Source of the DNA: Nemertoderma westbladi
Lineage: Eukaryota; Animalia; Xenacoelomorpha
Direction: 5' to 3'
DNA length: 64,000 nucleotides
Assembly (NCBI GenBank): GCA_032718475.1
Contig: JAUCBJ010007768.1
Location: 1-64,000 of the forward strand
Every line of letters starts with the position of its first letter. Positions within the stretch are counted from its first letter, which is position 1. Shown here piece by piece: positions 12,953 through 25,535 of this stretch. The notes beneath the pieces were generated by a model. It had not been told where the DNA came from. It saw only the letters and a list, made by a program, of their open reading frames with translations, and ran no database searches. A program made the translations under genes and the position numbers.

Positions 12953-13377
12953 AAATTGAGAATAAGTGGATCAATTTTGACGGGCTGTCAAAATTGAGAA
13001 TAAGACGCGGCCAACTTCGACTGGTGGAAGTTGGGAATCCTACAATACTCTTCAAACTCTCTCCGTGCTTACCCAGCATCCACTACGAGGAGACTCTGGT
13101 ATTTGAGTTAAGACAAAGTCGTGGTTTAATCAATCGACAAACTCGAACTAATAAACTCGTAGTCGGCAGATCACATCAACGACAGATCAATGGAAGTATC
13201 GATCACACCCATTGATATAATCCAAGTTGAGCCAGGAATCTGGCACATCGAAGTTGAAGTACAAGGAACGAACGTCGGATGATTCAGGATTACCGTTCGG
13301 GTAGTCCAAGCTGAATACGAGACCTACGAAGAACTATTTTACGACATCGCATATCTAGCTACCAACGAGGCGCTAGA

Positions 13378-16300
13378 ATGACGATGAACAACGTCTCCGA
13401 TACCGATGAGATGGACCACCACACAGACTCGGAAGCCAACGAGGTACCGAACGTAGAGAACATGACCCATCGACTAGGCGCTCTCAAAGGCGGAGTCACT
13501 CGAGCGTATCAACGTATAGAGAAACAACTCAAGGGAGTCGAAACCCCCCTCAACGAGATACAAACTCAGCTACAGAATATCCGAAGTATCTTACAACGAT
13601 ATGAGAGGATGATACAGGCGTATCAAGAACTCATCCCCACCACCGATCAGGTAAACTACCCCAGACTAGAAGAACACGTTGTACATCTAGATGAGTTCCT
13701 CAAACAACACCGGAGGACCCTCAGCCTCGTGAGAGGCTACGAGGAACAGTACTATAAGAGAACTGAAAGAACAGATGCAGAATGTGTGCGAACCTCCAGC
13801 ACCAGGAAAGCAATTCATCGAAAGAGAACGGGGTCCTCGAGGCACCAGCACTCCAGCGCTAGGAGCGAGATGTCCGGTTCAGCACGCAGTTCTCAAGGGG
13901 GTCAGCCACTCCGAGATCAGCTACGAGAACAGAGGGCATTGGCCCTCAAAGCTCGGATGGAAGATGAATATGTTCAACTGTGAGTCGAGCAAGATGTATT
14001 AGCAGCCAAAATGCAAAAACGAGAGGCCAAACAACAGGCCGAACAACGTAAACGAGAGGCCGAACAACAGGCCGAACAACGTAGACGAGAGGCCGAACAA
14101 CGTGAACGAGAGGCCGAACAACAGGCCGAACAACGTAGACGAGAGGCCGAACAACAGGCCGAACAACGTAGACGAGAGGCCGAACAACGTGAACGAGAGG
14201 CCGAACAACAGGCCGAACAACGTGAACGAGAGGCCGAACAGGAGGTCAAACATCGTAAACTAGAGGCGGAAATGCGTAAACAACATGCCGAGGCCCAAGC
14301 GATTCTCATCCATAAAAAGAATGCGGATATTGTGAAACTCGCGGAATACGAAACCGCACTCATAGTACGGGATCTTCAACTATATGAGGACTGGGAAAGG
14401 GGTATACAACAGAACTATGAACCAATCCCGGTCCCGGAATTAGAGAAGTCATTTACGCCACCGGCGGCGAAACCTCCGAAACCCGAGTTCCCGCCAACCA
14501 TACAGTCTACGTTATCGGCACAAGCACCGGTATTCCATCCCCCACCGGTTACGCTTAAGAATGAGGAACCTTATTTCCCAGCCAACCCCACGGTCCCGAG
14601 CGTTCCCAAGTACGAGCCTGAAAAGGACTCGGAACGGGACACCACCCCTCGATCCAACAACCCGTTTACATCTACACCCCAAATCCGTAACCGCGTGATC
14701 ATTAAAACTCCACCTCTCATCGATCCATCGTGCATGGGAGAGAGTGCCAATAACTATAACCCTCCTAGTCATTCCAGTTCAGATGACGTCGGCATTATCC
14801 GGGCATTGGAAAACCGCCTGGCCATGCCCAAGATGGAGATCCGCACCTTCGAAGGAGACCCCGTCGATTACCTCGGATTCAAGAAACGGTTCTTCGCTCA
14901 GATTGGGTCAACGGATATAACCGACGCACAAAAACTGGTATATTTATCCCAATACCTGGGCGACAAACCACGCCGAATCATTAAATGTTTCGAGGGAGGC
15001 TCTCATGAAGCATACTATGACGCATGGAAAACTCTAGACAAAAGATACGGAAATATCGGGACTATAATTAATAAAACTCTCGAGAAACTGATACAGGAAG
15101 CGGGATCCCTAGGGGACCCACAGAATATCCAGGAGTTCTCGGATTCCATGAATGATGCCTACTACACTCTAAAACCATTAAATAAGGAGGAACAAGTAAA
15201 CAACATTCTAAACCTCCGACAGATTGCCCGAAAGTTCCCCGGATGGCTGCAAAGTAAGTGGGCGTATAAATGCGTAGATCTCCGACGCAGACACCCAGAT
15301 CGAGATCCCAGTTTCCTCGAAATGTCGGCATTCCTGGATGATATCTCAGAAGCCATGAATGACTCAATGTTCTCCAAACAAAGTCTCGCCAAGTTAGATG
15401 GAATAGAGAACAACTCCAGGAGCAGGACACCCACTCAGAAACTGAGATTCCGTCCCCCTCCGGTGAGTACGATGGCTATCACCATGGCCGAGGATTCCGA
15501 CGATGAGGACTACGAAGAACCGACATCAGCTGAGGAATGGGCGTGTTATCTTGCGAATTGGGCACCCGAAAGGGAAGGCACCACAACCTCCATTCTCTGT
15601 CTCTTCTGTGGAGAGAAACATAAGGTGGAATTCTGCAGAAAGTTCCAGTTTGCCGAACTCGTTCTATGCTTCGAGGCGATAATGAAACACCGAGGATGCT
15701 TCCGGTGTCTTCGAACAGGTCACTATGTCCGGGATTGCGACCAAAGATCGTGCTGTGCGGTCTGTAATGACCTACGTCATCACACACTCCTCCACATCCC
15801 CGCGAACTTTGACTTTACCACCCTCCCCTTTCGGATCGAAGCCCAACGAAGAGGAGAAACGAACCACGTCTCTAAAGGAACCTGGACGATTCAACGGAGG
15901 GAAACCAATCCGTTTAAGACCTCCACCGATGTATCACAAGTGACAAATATCTTGGCCACGATCAACCTTATAAATCGCCGTTACATGGTCTTTGCCAAAG
16001 TAATCCCAGTAAGAATTCAAGGACTCGGGAAATCCTTGACAACGCTCGCGTTCCTTAATAACGGGTCGGATGGAACCATCATCGACCGGGATTTCCTCGA
16101 ACAACTCGGCCTAGACTACAAACCTTGCAAACGGCCCAGACAAACTATCACCGACCATAGAGAAGTAGAGTCCGGGGAGGTACAGCTCCAGATGGAAGGA
16201 GTCATGAAGGGTTACGAGACGGTCAAGCTGACGATCAAGAACGCCTTGGTACACACTGATCTCTGAGTGCGGTTCCGACAATCAGCTGAATACGCACCTC

Positions 16301-19300
16301 TCATACAGTTAGACCGGGAAGATGTAGACCTACGATGTCCACCGTTGGACGTGAACCGAATCACACTATTGATCGGACTAGACACACCGGAATTACACAT
16401 ACCCACTGGAGACGTCGCCCGATCTGTAAAGCCGGGTGACGGCTTTTATGCCGAACGCATGATCATGGGTTGGACACTCTGCGGCATCAAAGAGGAGACT
16501 ACAGACACTTATACATATCTCCCTAAATACCAGATTAAAGAGAATGCAACATCCGTGGGTTATTGTTCAGCAACAGACCTGGATGAGGACTTATTCCTTG
16601 AGACTGAGAAAACCCAGCAGGAGATGACCAAATACTTTAATCTAGAGACCCAAGAGTTTGCTGAAAAGGACGAGAACCTGTCCGAGGAAGATCAATATTG
16701 TATTGACGTCCTTGATCAGGCCACGTTCAAAGACGGACATTGGTGTTCACCCATGCTATGGAAAGACCCAGATAAACCGATGGCGAATAATGCCAACATG
16801 GCCCTTAGGCGGCTTAAAGGAATCCTACGCCGGTTGAATGACCAACCCGAGATAAAGGAGAAATATAATAATGTAATCAAAGGATATCTAGAAGATGGAT
16901 TGGTGGAAATGGTACCCAGGAATGAACTGCAAGGGGGTAGACGGACATATTATCTCCCAACCCACTATGTGGTAGAAGCCCGGAAGGGCGATAAAATCTG
17001 AGTAGTCAATGATGCTGCTGCTATGTATCAAGGCGAATCCCTGAACAGCCAACTTTATACAGGGCCCAACATATACAGTACACTTATCGGCGTGTTGATC
17101 AGGTTCGGGGAAAACTGGATAGCATTCACATGCGACATCAAAGCGATGTTTCACCAGGTCCGAATGCTACCAAGAGACTCAGACTGTCTGCGTATATTAT
17201 GGATGGATAAAACATTAACTCCACAGGAGATAAGTCAACTCACATTGAAGGATGTGGACGTAATGCGCATGATCGTCAGGATCTTTGGCGCTAAGGACTC
17301 GCCGGTAGCATGTAGTGACATGCTGAAGAAAACAGCGACTATGTGCGAAAACGAGTTCCCTCCGACAGTCATAGAAACCATCCGACGATGCTTCTACGTG
17401 GACGACGGATGCGCCGGTGCCGATAATATTGACGAGGCATATCAGCTAGCGATGGGGATGGTGGAATGTTTAAAGAGAGGAGGTTTCCCCCTCGTAAAGT
17501 TCAGATCCCATGACAAAAAACTTATGGAAAAGTTTCCGGAAGAAATCAGACTGGACGACAATAAAATGTATTCCGAGGATGTGGATCGCCGTGTACTCGG
17601 CATTGAATGGGACATAGAATTGGATGAATTCATCTTCAAATATAACCCCCTACCCAAGCCCATGATGAAAAGGGGATGTTTGTCTATAAAAAGTGCAATA
17701 TTCGACCCACTAAACTTCATATCTCCGGTAACCTTGGCCAGAATGAATTTGATCAAGGAAATGTGGATAGAAGGACTGGGATGGGACGAAGAACTCCCCC
17801 CACACCTCAGTGTCAAATGGAGAAAGTGGACGGAACAACTCGAACATCTACATCTTATGCGGATCCCTCGACCGTTCTTCCTCGATAAACTACCCACCGA
17901 TATCTTCCAGCTCCACACTTTCTCGGATGCTTCGAATACCAGAATCGGCGTAGTCACTTTCCTAAGAAGACTAAGTCAAGATGGAAACGGCGATACGAGC
18001 TTCTTATTTTCTAAGGCTAAGACAGAATCCGGGGAATTCGTAGCAACGATACCGAGACTTGAGCTACAGGCCGCAGTTTGGGCAGTGAGACAGAACCGCA
18101 TGGTCATGCGGAATCTACGAATCCCCATCGAATCGCAACATTTCTGGGTCGATTCGAGTATCATTCTCTACTACCTCCACTCACCATCACGGCGACACAC
18201 CACGTTCGTAGCGAACCGAGCCACGGAGATAAAACAGTGCACCGGCCGAGAACAGTGGCACCATGTAAATGGGAAAGAAAACCCAGCGGACTTATCGAGC
18301 AGAGGCGCCACCCCACGACAGCTCGGTAAAAGTAAACTCTGCCTCACCGGCCCGGAATTCCTACAGCAGCCACAATTAACCTGGAGTACCCAATTCGATC
18401 CCGAACTCGATAGCGGAAAATACTCCAAAGATGACAAGGAGATCCGTAAAGTCCATAGAAGCGCCGCAGTGGAGATCTATAGTTGTCTGACCGAGCCTGC
18501 AAAGGACTCGGGCAGGCACTATAATGTCGCGACTATCACGCAACCAGCAGCGTCTTTACAACTATTGATCGAGCGAACCTCCTCAATGAGACGTCTCATC
18601 CACCACGTCATAACCCTTCGCAACTTCCTGCGGTGGAAAGACAACAAACCGATAGTTCAACGAAGTATACAAGAACTCATCATTGTGGAGAAATGTATTG
18701 TTAGATATGTCCAGAAAGTAAGTTTCCCCGACGAGTGGGAACAACTCAGTGCAGGCAAGACCTTGAAACCGGACAGTCCAGTCTACCAATTGAGACCAAT
18801 GATGGGAGAGGACGGACTGATTCGACTGAATACCCGGATGGCAAACGCCCCGGTTGAATACGAGGTCAAATACCCAGTGCTTCTGCCCGGAACATCAACA
18901 CTAGCCAAGCTATTAATCCAACAGTGTCACAAGGAAAACCATCACGCGGGACAGAACTGGATTATGGCTAATATACGGCAAAGATATTGGATCACCCACA
19001 TCCAGCCAATGATCCGGCAAGTGTTAAAACGTTGTTTTCCCTGCAGAAGATATCTAGCGCCACCACTCACACAAAGGATGGCCAACTTACCAGCCACACG
19101 TCTACAGTCCGATTCCCCACCGTTCTATGTAACCGGAGTAGACTGTTTCGGACCATTCACGGTCATCGAGCGATGATCCAACATCAAATGCTGGGGAGCC
19201 ATCTTTATCTGCCTTAGGTCTAGGGCAATCTACCTAGACATCGTGGTGAACCTTATGCAACATGCATTTACCAACGCCCTGCGTCGGTTCATGGCAAACA

Positions 19301-20118
19301 ATGGAACATGTCGTCATATGTACTCCGATAATGGTACAAACTTCGTGGGAGGAGAAAGAGAACTTAGAGAGGCGATCGAGGGATGGTTCACCGAGGACAC
19401 CGCATCCCAAGTCTGGAGGGAACACCATATACAGTGGCACTTCCAAACATCCTTAGCACCCCATACGAGCGGGGTATGGGAGAAGCTGATCGACTTGGTA
19501 AAACGATCCATGCGCGTCGCATTAGGGGACACCCGGGTAACCCACGACACCCTTCGCACAACATTCTGCGAGATCACGGCTACCCTAAACAACCGGCCCA
19601 TCGTACCTATCCGCGATGACCCCACAGATCTGGAGCCTCTCACTCCTAACCACCTACTCGGAAGACCCAAAACCCATATTCTTCCAGAGACGATGTTTCC
19701 GGATCCCAACGATATCGCGAGACATACCAATTGGAAAAAGGCCCAAGCATTGGCAGCGCATTGGTGGAGAATATGGGCACAAGAGTATCTCATAACCCTC
19801 CGGACCAGGAGGAAGTGGAACAACACCTATAGGAATGTCGCAGTTGGCGACATGGTGCTAGTGAAGGAAGATCTCAAAGACCGCGTCCACTGGCCTGTGG
19901 CGCGAGTCGTGGCAATAAACCCGAGTAAAGACGGACTTGCGAGGACTGTGACGATACGAATGGCAAAGGGCCACTACCAATGCCCTATCCAGAGGCTGTG
20001 CCTTCTTGAAGGCAATGACAGCGGTGACTCTACGAGAGGTGATAAGTTCCCTACTCAGGATCCTGCTGCAGACATGGTGACAATGCTAAACCCATTTAAA
20101 CCCTTCTCATCCTGTTGA
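13378..20118 (+). pseudogene. BEL/Pao gag-pol polyprotein in a single frame interrupted by four TGA codons
   Basis: Five ORFs share one frame, with stops at 13981, 16264, 16999 and 19174. Gag FEGDPVDY and three BEL knuckles (CLFCGEKHKVEFC, CFRCLRTGHYVRDC, CAVCNDLRHHTLLH). Protease AFLNNGS (catalytic D appears as N). RT DIKAMFHQV / FGAKDSP / FYVDD. RNase H FSDAS / IPRLELQAA / NPADLSSRG. Integrase HH-CC, VDCFGP, SDNGTNF, GVWEKL. Confidence 0.95.
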
Positions 20119-20384
20119 CAAACTCTTTTATATGTGATTTACTGACAATGAATAATGGACCCCCCTTAAACCAACTGTAACCACGCAATGGTATTTGTGT
20201 TTCCTCGTGTGTTATGTGGAGTCCAGCATCACCCTGCAGATGTTTCGACTGACGCAGGGTCGTTTATGTATTGTTCACCCTGATTTTGGTCATCAGGACC
20301 AACGACATTGGATTATTGGAAATGGTAAAGATTTGAAGTGGAATTCATTGTATTCATTGTGTTGTATTGTGTTGTCCGTTGCGT

Positions 20385-20795
20385 GCGCAGTTCGGGGTGT
20401 AGGCGGTGTAACTAGTCCAGCTGTAGATCCCGGATTGCCACGCAACACCCCCTCTATCCCGTTATTCTGGTGGGTCCATGGTGCATCCACATGACTTCGT
20501 CGATAGAGGTTTTATGTTTCTCAGTTGCGTTATTCTGGTGGGACCGTTACGTGGATTTTGGGGCGTAGGCGGTGTAACTAGTCCAGCTGTAGATCCCAGA
20601 ATGTTGCGTAACCCCATCCCACATGACTTCGTCGGCTGAGCTTTATGTTGTTGGGAGTGTTATTCTGGTGGGTCCCTGGTGCATTCCACGTGACTTCACT
20701 CCCAGCGTCTTCATTGTCCGTTACGTGTGCAGTTTGGGGCGTAGGCGGTGTAACTAGCCCAGCTGTAGATCCCAGATTGCCGCGTAACACCCCTT
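20385..20795 (+). repeat. Three degenerate internal repeats in the BEL pol-ORF3 spacer
   Basis: GGGG(C/T)GTAGGCGGTGTAACTAG(T/C)CCAGCTGTAGATCCC at about 20394, 20560 and 20735, interleaved with GTTATTCTGGTGGG at about 20461, 20530 and 20659. An AAATG-rich tract follows (about 20830-21160). Confidence 0.8.
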
Positions 20796-21367
20796 CCACA
20801 ACGAAAATTTTCCCAAAGAAGATGGTTGAATGTAGTTGGAAATGATGAAAAGAAACAGACGACATTACTATAAACTGAATGATGACGCGTATGATGATGA
20901 AAATGTAATGATGCGCACCCTGGTGCTGCGCTTATAACAAATGATGATAGCCGGGGGGCTATAACCCCAATGATGATGTGGAAATAAATGAAATGTGTAA
21001 TAAATGGTGTAATAAATGATGAAATGTGGTAATAAATGATGAAATGTGGAAAGAAATAAATGAAATGTACAATGAGTAATAATGAGAAATGGAAAAAGAC
21101 AAAAAAAAAAATGTATAAAATGTAGAAAGAAAAGAATTGGAAAAAAGAAGAGGACATAAAAAGTCAAAACTGGTTGGATATTAATGTATAGCTATAGTAA
21201 CTTTAAATGCTGAATGTATTAGCAATAAGATGGTAGATGCCTATATAGCAATGATATTTAATAAACTGAATTACAAATAAACTGAATTATTCTGCAGTCA
21301 CTATAGTATCAGACTTTCTGGATTTATAATTAACTGATGTAAATTTGCAACGGACATAATCGAAAAT

Positions 21368-23968
21368 ATGGACCCGAATCGCCAAATTATCGGCGAACTA
21401 CGTAATACGATAGATTTACTAGAATATCCACAACCTGGATCCCCTAACTTCGATACAAATTGGAACTCCCTGATAAATGAGAATGTGCGAGTCGTCAAAT
21501 TCTCCGGGCGAGAGGGACCGGATTCCCGGAATCTACGAGCCCTCCGGTTGTCCGATGCTAGTACGAGACTGAAAAGAACTCGGAACGCAAAGGCGACCGG
21601 AGAGGATGAGTTGTCGTACTGGGAAACGTTCCGGCAAAGTGTCTACAAATCCCGATGTTTGATATACGACAACGAGGGAAACGCGACGCCCACCTCGAAA
21701 GCGATTACGTTGGCGCGATGTCAAAGTTTCGTCGACGACAAGAGTACGTATCTCGCCCACTGGGGAAACCTAGCGGAGTGTATGGCAACGCTGCGAGAGG
21801 AACGTATATTAGTTATCCAGAATCGCGACGACTACCATGAGAAGTATGGGACGAAGGAATACGGTCGATCCTTGGTCGTCGTCCTCGGAACCCTGGACGG
21901 TTTGGTGTTGGTATGTCGAATATTTCCGACACCCAGACAGGAGGTGCGGACAGCCGGAGCGATCTGGCTACTACCACCTGAGATCCAAAAGATCCTATTC
22001 GACTTCGACATCATTAAAATCGGGTCGGATATAAAGGCGGACGTCCGAAACGACTACGCGAACGCTCCTTTCAGAAGAGACCGTCGAGAAAATCTCAACG
22101 CCATTAGTCATTGTGTCGACACCCAGACACTATTAGCCTGGTTACGATCCGCCGAATTCATGCGAGGATTCCGAGAGGTGAGACGGACGAAATCCGGTAT
22201 CGGCTACCTCGCAGTGCTAAACGGCGGCATAGACTTTAAACCCCAGAAATTCCAGGACTATAATAAGATATATGGCGGATACCCGGGATTAGAAATAAAG
22301 AGTGAGCGAGAGAGTCGCTGGAAGGACGTTGAAAGAAAGTGGACGATCCACCACAAGTGGGAGAATCCGGACCGATGGAACTACATCTACGTAGTTATGG
22401 AATCCTACACAGTCTCTAAGTTCATATGTAAAACTCTCGATAGCCTCATTACGGCGGTTCCTAATTCCTTTATCGACTACGAGTGGAACGAGGTTATCAA
22501 CCATGCGTTCAAAGCGGTCGAGAATATTACACCGGGAGAGACGAAAACGCTCACCATCATCGCTTCCTGGGACGAGAATGGGCCGTTCGACATCCCTACG
22601 ATTACCGATCTCCTCGGTGCGGAGGAACCACTGATTTCCTCAGAAGGGGAAGAATTATGGCTACAGGAAGGTGTTCTACTGTCCACCCCAAAGTGACAGC
22701 TCGATCTGGAAATCGCGTATGAACCGGCCGCCAAACGGGTCGCCTCGGCCGAACCTGCGACGGAAGCAGGCATTTCCACCCCACTTGACTCCGGTAGCCC
22801 CGCGAGGGAGTTAGTCACTACCTTCGCATTGAACGACTTCGGCGACATATGTCAGAGGTTATCCCCATATCCGTTCCCGGGTGATGAAGACTGGTCTTCG
22901 GAGATTCCGAGTACCAGCACCCAACGGACCCGCTCAGCGATACTGGTTGAGAAGGGTCCCAGCGCTGCGCCGACTCCCGAAGATCTCCTCGGAATCCCTC
23001 CGTCGAAAACCCCGGCACCTCTTCGCCGACCAGCGGTGGCAACTACCCCCTCCGTTCCACAGGATCCTATGCAACTTACCCGATGGTACACCGAGCAGAC
23101 CGAATGGATCCACCGCCAGAAACGGTCATCCGAGATGAGACCGGCAGGACATAAAGAAGGTTATCGAAACGAGAACATACTACGCCAAAGCACAGCTTTT
23201 CGCGGGCTACCGGCCACAGTGAATATTCCAAAAAGCGACCGACGACTCGAGTATTACGTCGGCGTCCCGATTCCGATATTCTTCGGCCGGGAGATGCAGT
23301 TAGAGATATTCGGAAACTGCGGTTCGGAGCAGTGCCCACGCGGTAGAAGAAATCGAGTAACCGATTCATGCCTCCAGCTCCTCGGGATACTGTATTGTCC
23401 CTACTGCGCGACATCAGGACATGATGTTTCAGTTTGTCCAACCCTCTATAACCTCTGCACAACATGCGGTTTCCGTGGACATTCCGCTAGCCCCCGCTGC
23501 AATATAAAGTGTCCCACGAAGGATGTAACCGCTATGGGGAATATGGTTATGTTCGAAACCTACGCAAACAACCACGTAAAGACCTAAGTACGGAGAAACG
23601 CTCGGAATATCACGCAAGAGATGGCGTGTGGGTATTTTTCGTTCCCGGAGCGCCTCCATACGACAGCGACGCTACCATTCCATTACGTGGATCTGTTGCT
23701 AAGCGCTGGGTTATTCGGCCCATTCGAGATCCTTAGGCGTTTATAGTCCTATAAGGAAGAGTTCGGTGATGGAAAGTGGTTCCTAGAAGCACGCACCACC
23801 GAGTTAGAAAGACGAACCGATATTATCCCGCTACCATCGAAAGGAAGAGCCGCCAGGAGACAAGCCGAAACGTTGCTCACGGTGGATGTTGACGCTCCCC
23901 TACCAGCACTAGCAATCGACGAGAGTCGACGGGCGAAGAGGAGAAAGGCGTATCAGAGCAAGAAATAA
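21368..23968 (+). pseudogene. BEL accessory ORF3: DEDDy (WRN/EXD/Mut-7-like) 3'-5' exonuclease domain + two CCHC zinc knuckles
   Basis: Single frame of 867 codons broken only by TGA 22694, TAA 23585 and TAG 23744. ExoI-like IYDNEG, ExoII-like LPPEIQKILFDFDIIKIGSDIKAD, CVDTQTL, ExoIII-like W..YVVME. Knuckles CPYCATSGHDVSVC (CX2CX4HX4C) and CTTCGFRGHSASPRC. Confidence 0.75.
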
Positions 23969-24148
23969 AGGACCAGGATATTCCAGGGACATTTATATCG
24001 AACATTTATTTTTATATATTTACATAAACTAACTCTAGGCCAAATTAATCAAGACTATGCAATATTAAAATTTTGGGTTTTTTATATGGGAAATGACCTA
24101 CACAAACTCGATCTACCGATAGACCTCACGAAGGTCATTGGGGGGGAC

Positions 24149-25530
24149 TGTTCGCGGTATTTCAACTTTTCCTAACGCGAGTTGAATATTTTTTGGATTT
24201 ATTTAAAATGAATATTCCGATATCACTACTGGGTGCGGGAACATGGGATTTGGGTACATTCAATGGACTGGGGGCGATTTATGGGCGAATATTGGGGCGA
24301 CTTACGGGGTACGGGACTCATTTCATGTATTTAAGGGCCAGGGGTGGGAGGCAAAGTTAAGCAGTATTCAGGTTTGCCTGATTACTATTAGGCCTAGCCA
24401 ACTTCCTGCTGCCTGTAGAGGTGGATTTGGTAACTCGCTAGGTCAAAAGGACAAGGACTGCCCTTAGCGGTCCCTGGCCAACAGCAGTTATTACGAGCCT
24501 GAAAAGGACATCGGAAAGTCTGCTGCTTGTGTCAGGGATTTGCGACGGGAACCGACGACAGACCCCTAGCCAAGCCGTACTGGTTCCTGACCGATCCCTT
24601 CGGGGTTCGGGAAGGGTGGGACGGACACGCGAACGGGTCAACCAACTAACGGAGGAAGGGTTCGACGAGGACTGCCTTCCTGAAGTGGGTTCCACGACCG
24701 GCGTTAGTACGAGCCTGAATAAGGACTCAGAAAACCACCAACCGTTGGGGCTCACGATGGGCTGACAGACCCCTTGCCAAGCCGTACTGGTTCCTGACCG
24801 ATCCCTTCGGGGTTCGGGAAGGGTGGGACAGATACGCAACGGGGTCGAAAGACAAAGGACTAGACTCTACTGGCCTACTGACTGTTCGGAGCAGCTTCTC
24901 GGCTGCCGAAGCGACTACGAGCCTGAATAAGGACTCGGAAAGCCTAGGTGGTTGGGTCCCTGTGATGAACCAATGGACCCCTAGCCAAGCCGTACTGGTT
25001 CCTGATGAACGATCCCTTCGGGGTTTGGGAAGGGTGGGACGGACACGCAAACTGGTCCACCGACATGACAGACCCCTAGCCAAGCCGTACTGGTTCCTGA
25101 TGACCGATCCCTACGGGGTTCGGGAAGGGTGGGACGGACACGCAACAGGGTCGACTGACACCGACACTACGGTACCGAGACTAGGACCGGGGAAAATTGA
25201 GGAACATTAGTTAGGCTAAAATCTGAGCGAACAGTGGGTAATTAAATAATATACTGTAGGGATTTATATTGTCGTGTTATATTATTGTGAATATTTGGTG
25301 TATATTGGTTTGGGGAAGCCCAACTTATCTCAATCAAGGTTTAACTGTAGGGAAGTTACATTAAAGAGTATATCCAACCAATGAAACTTTTCCTCAACCG
25401 CAATCTTGCATTTAAGAACGTATTCCTTCTCCACTACCAATATCTGGTGACTGGCCGGGATTCCGTGGTCTGAAAAGTTCCGCCTCCAGCATCGGCGTTT
25501 TCCCCCATGGTGTCGGGAATAACGGCAACA
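24149..25530 (+). repeat. 3' LTR of BEL element (1382 bp)
   Basis: Direct repeat of 11584-12952, preceded by the polypurine tract and followed by the TSD. Confidence 0.95.
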
Positions 25531-25535
25531 TACTG

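Larger units (their letters stand above)
11584..25530 (+). mobile_element. Full-length BEL/Pao LTR retrotransposon with an additional 3' ORF
   Basis: Two ~1.37-kb LTRs (TGTT...AACA), TSD TACTG at 11579-11583 and 25531-25535, polypurine tract GGGGGGGA at 24140-24147, and a BEL-type gag-pol. Confidence 0.97.

Noticed and set aside
13981-19176. Selenocysteine or programmed UGA readthrough of gag-pol, with the LTR AUGA/GA motifs as SECIS
   Set aside because: At least one TGA is at a conserved Arg, CpG decay is evident in the LTRs, ORF3 also has TAA and TAG stops, and the hairpins lack the SECIS helix length and apical AA.
20711-21167. Hydrophobic Phe/Ile/His-rich antisense ORFs as env or membrane protein
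   Set aside because: Antisense translation of an AAATG low-complexity tract.
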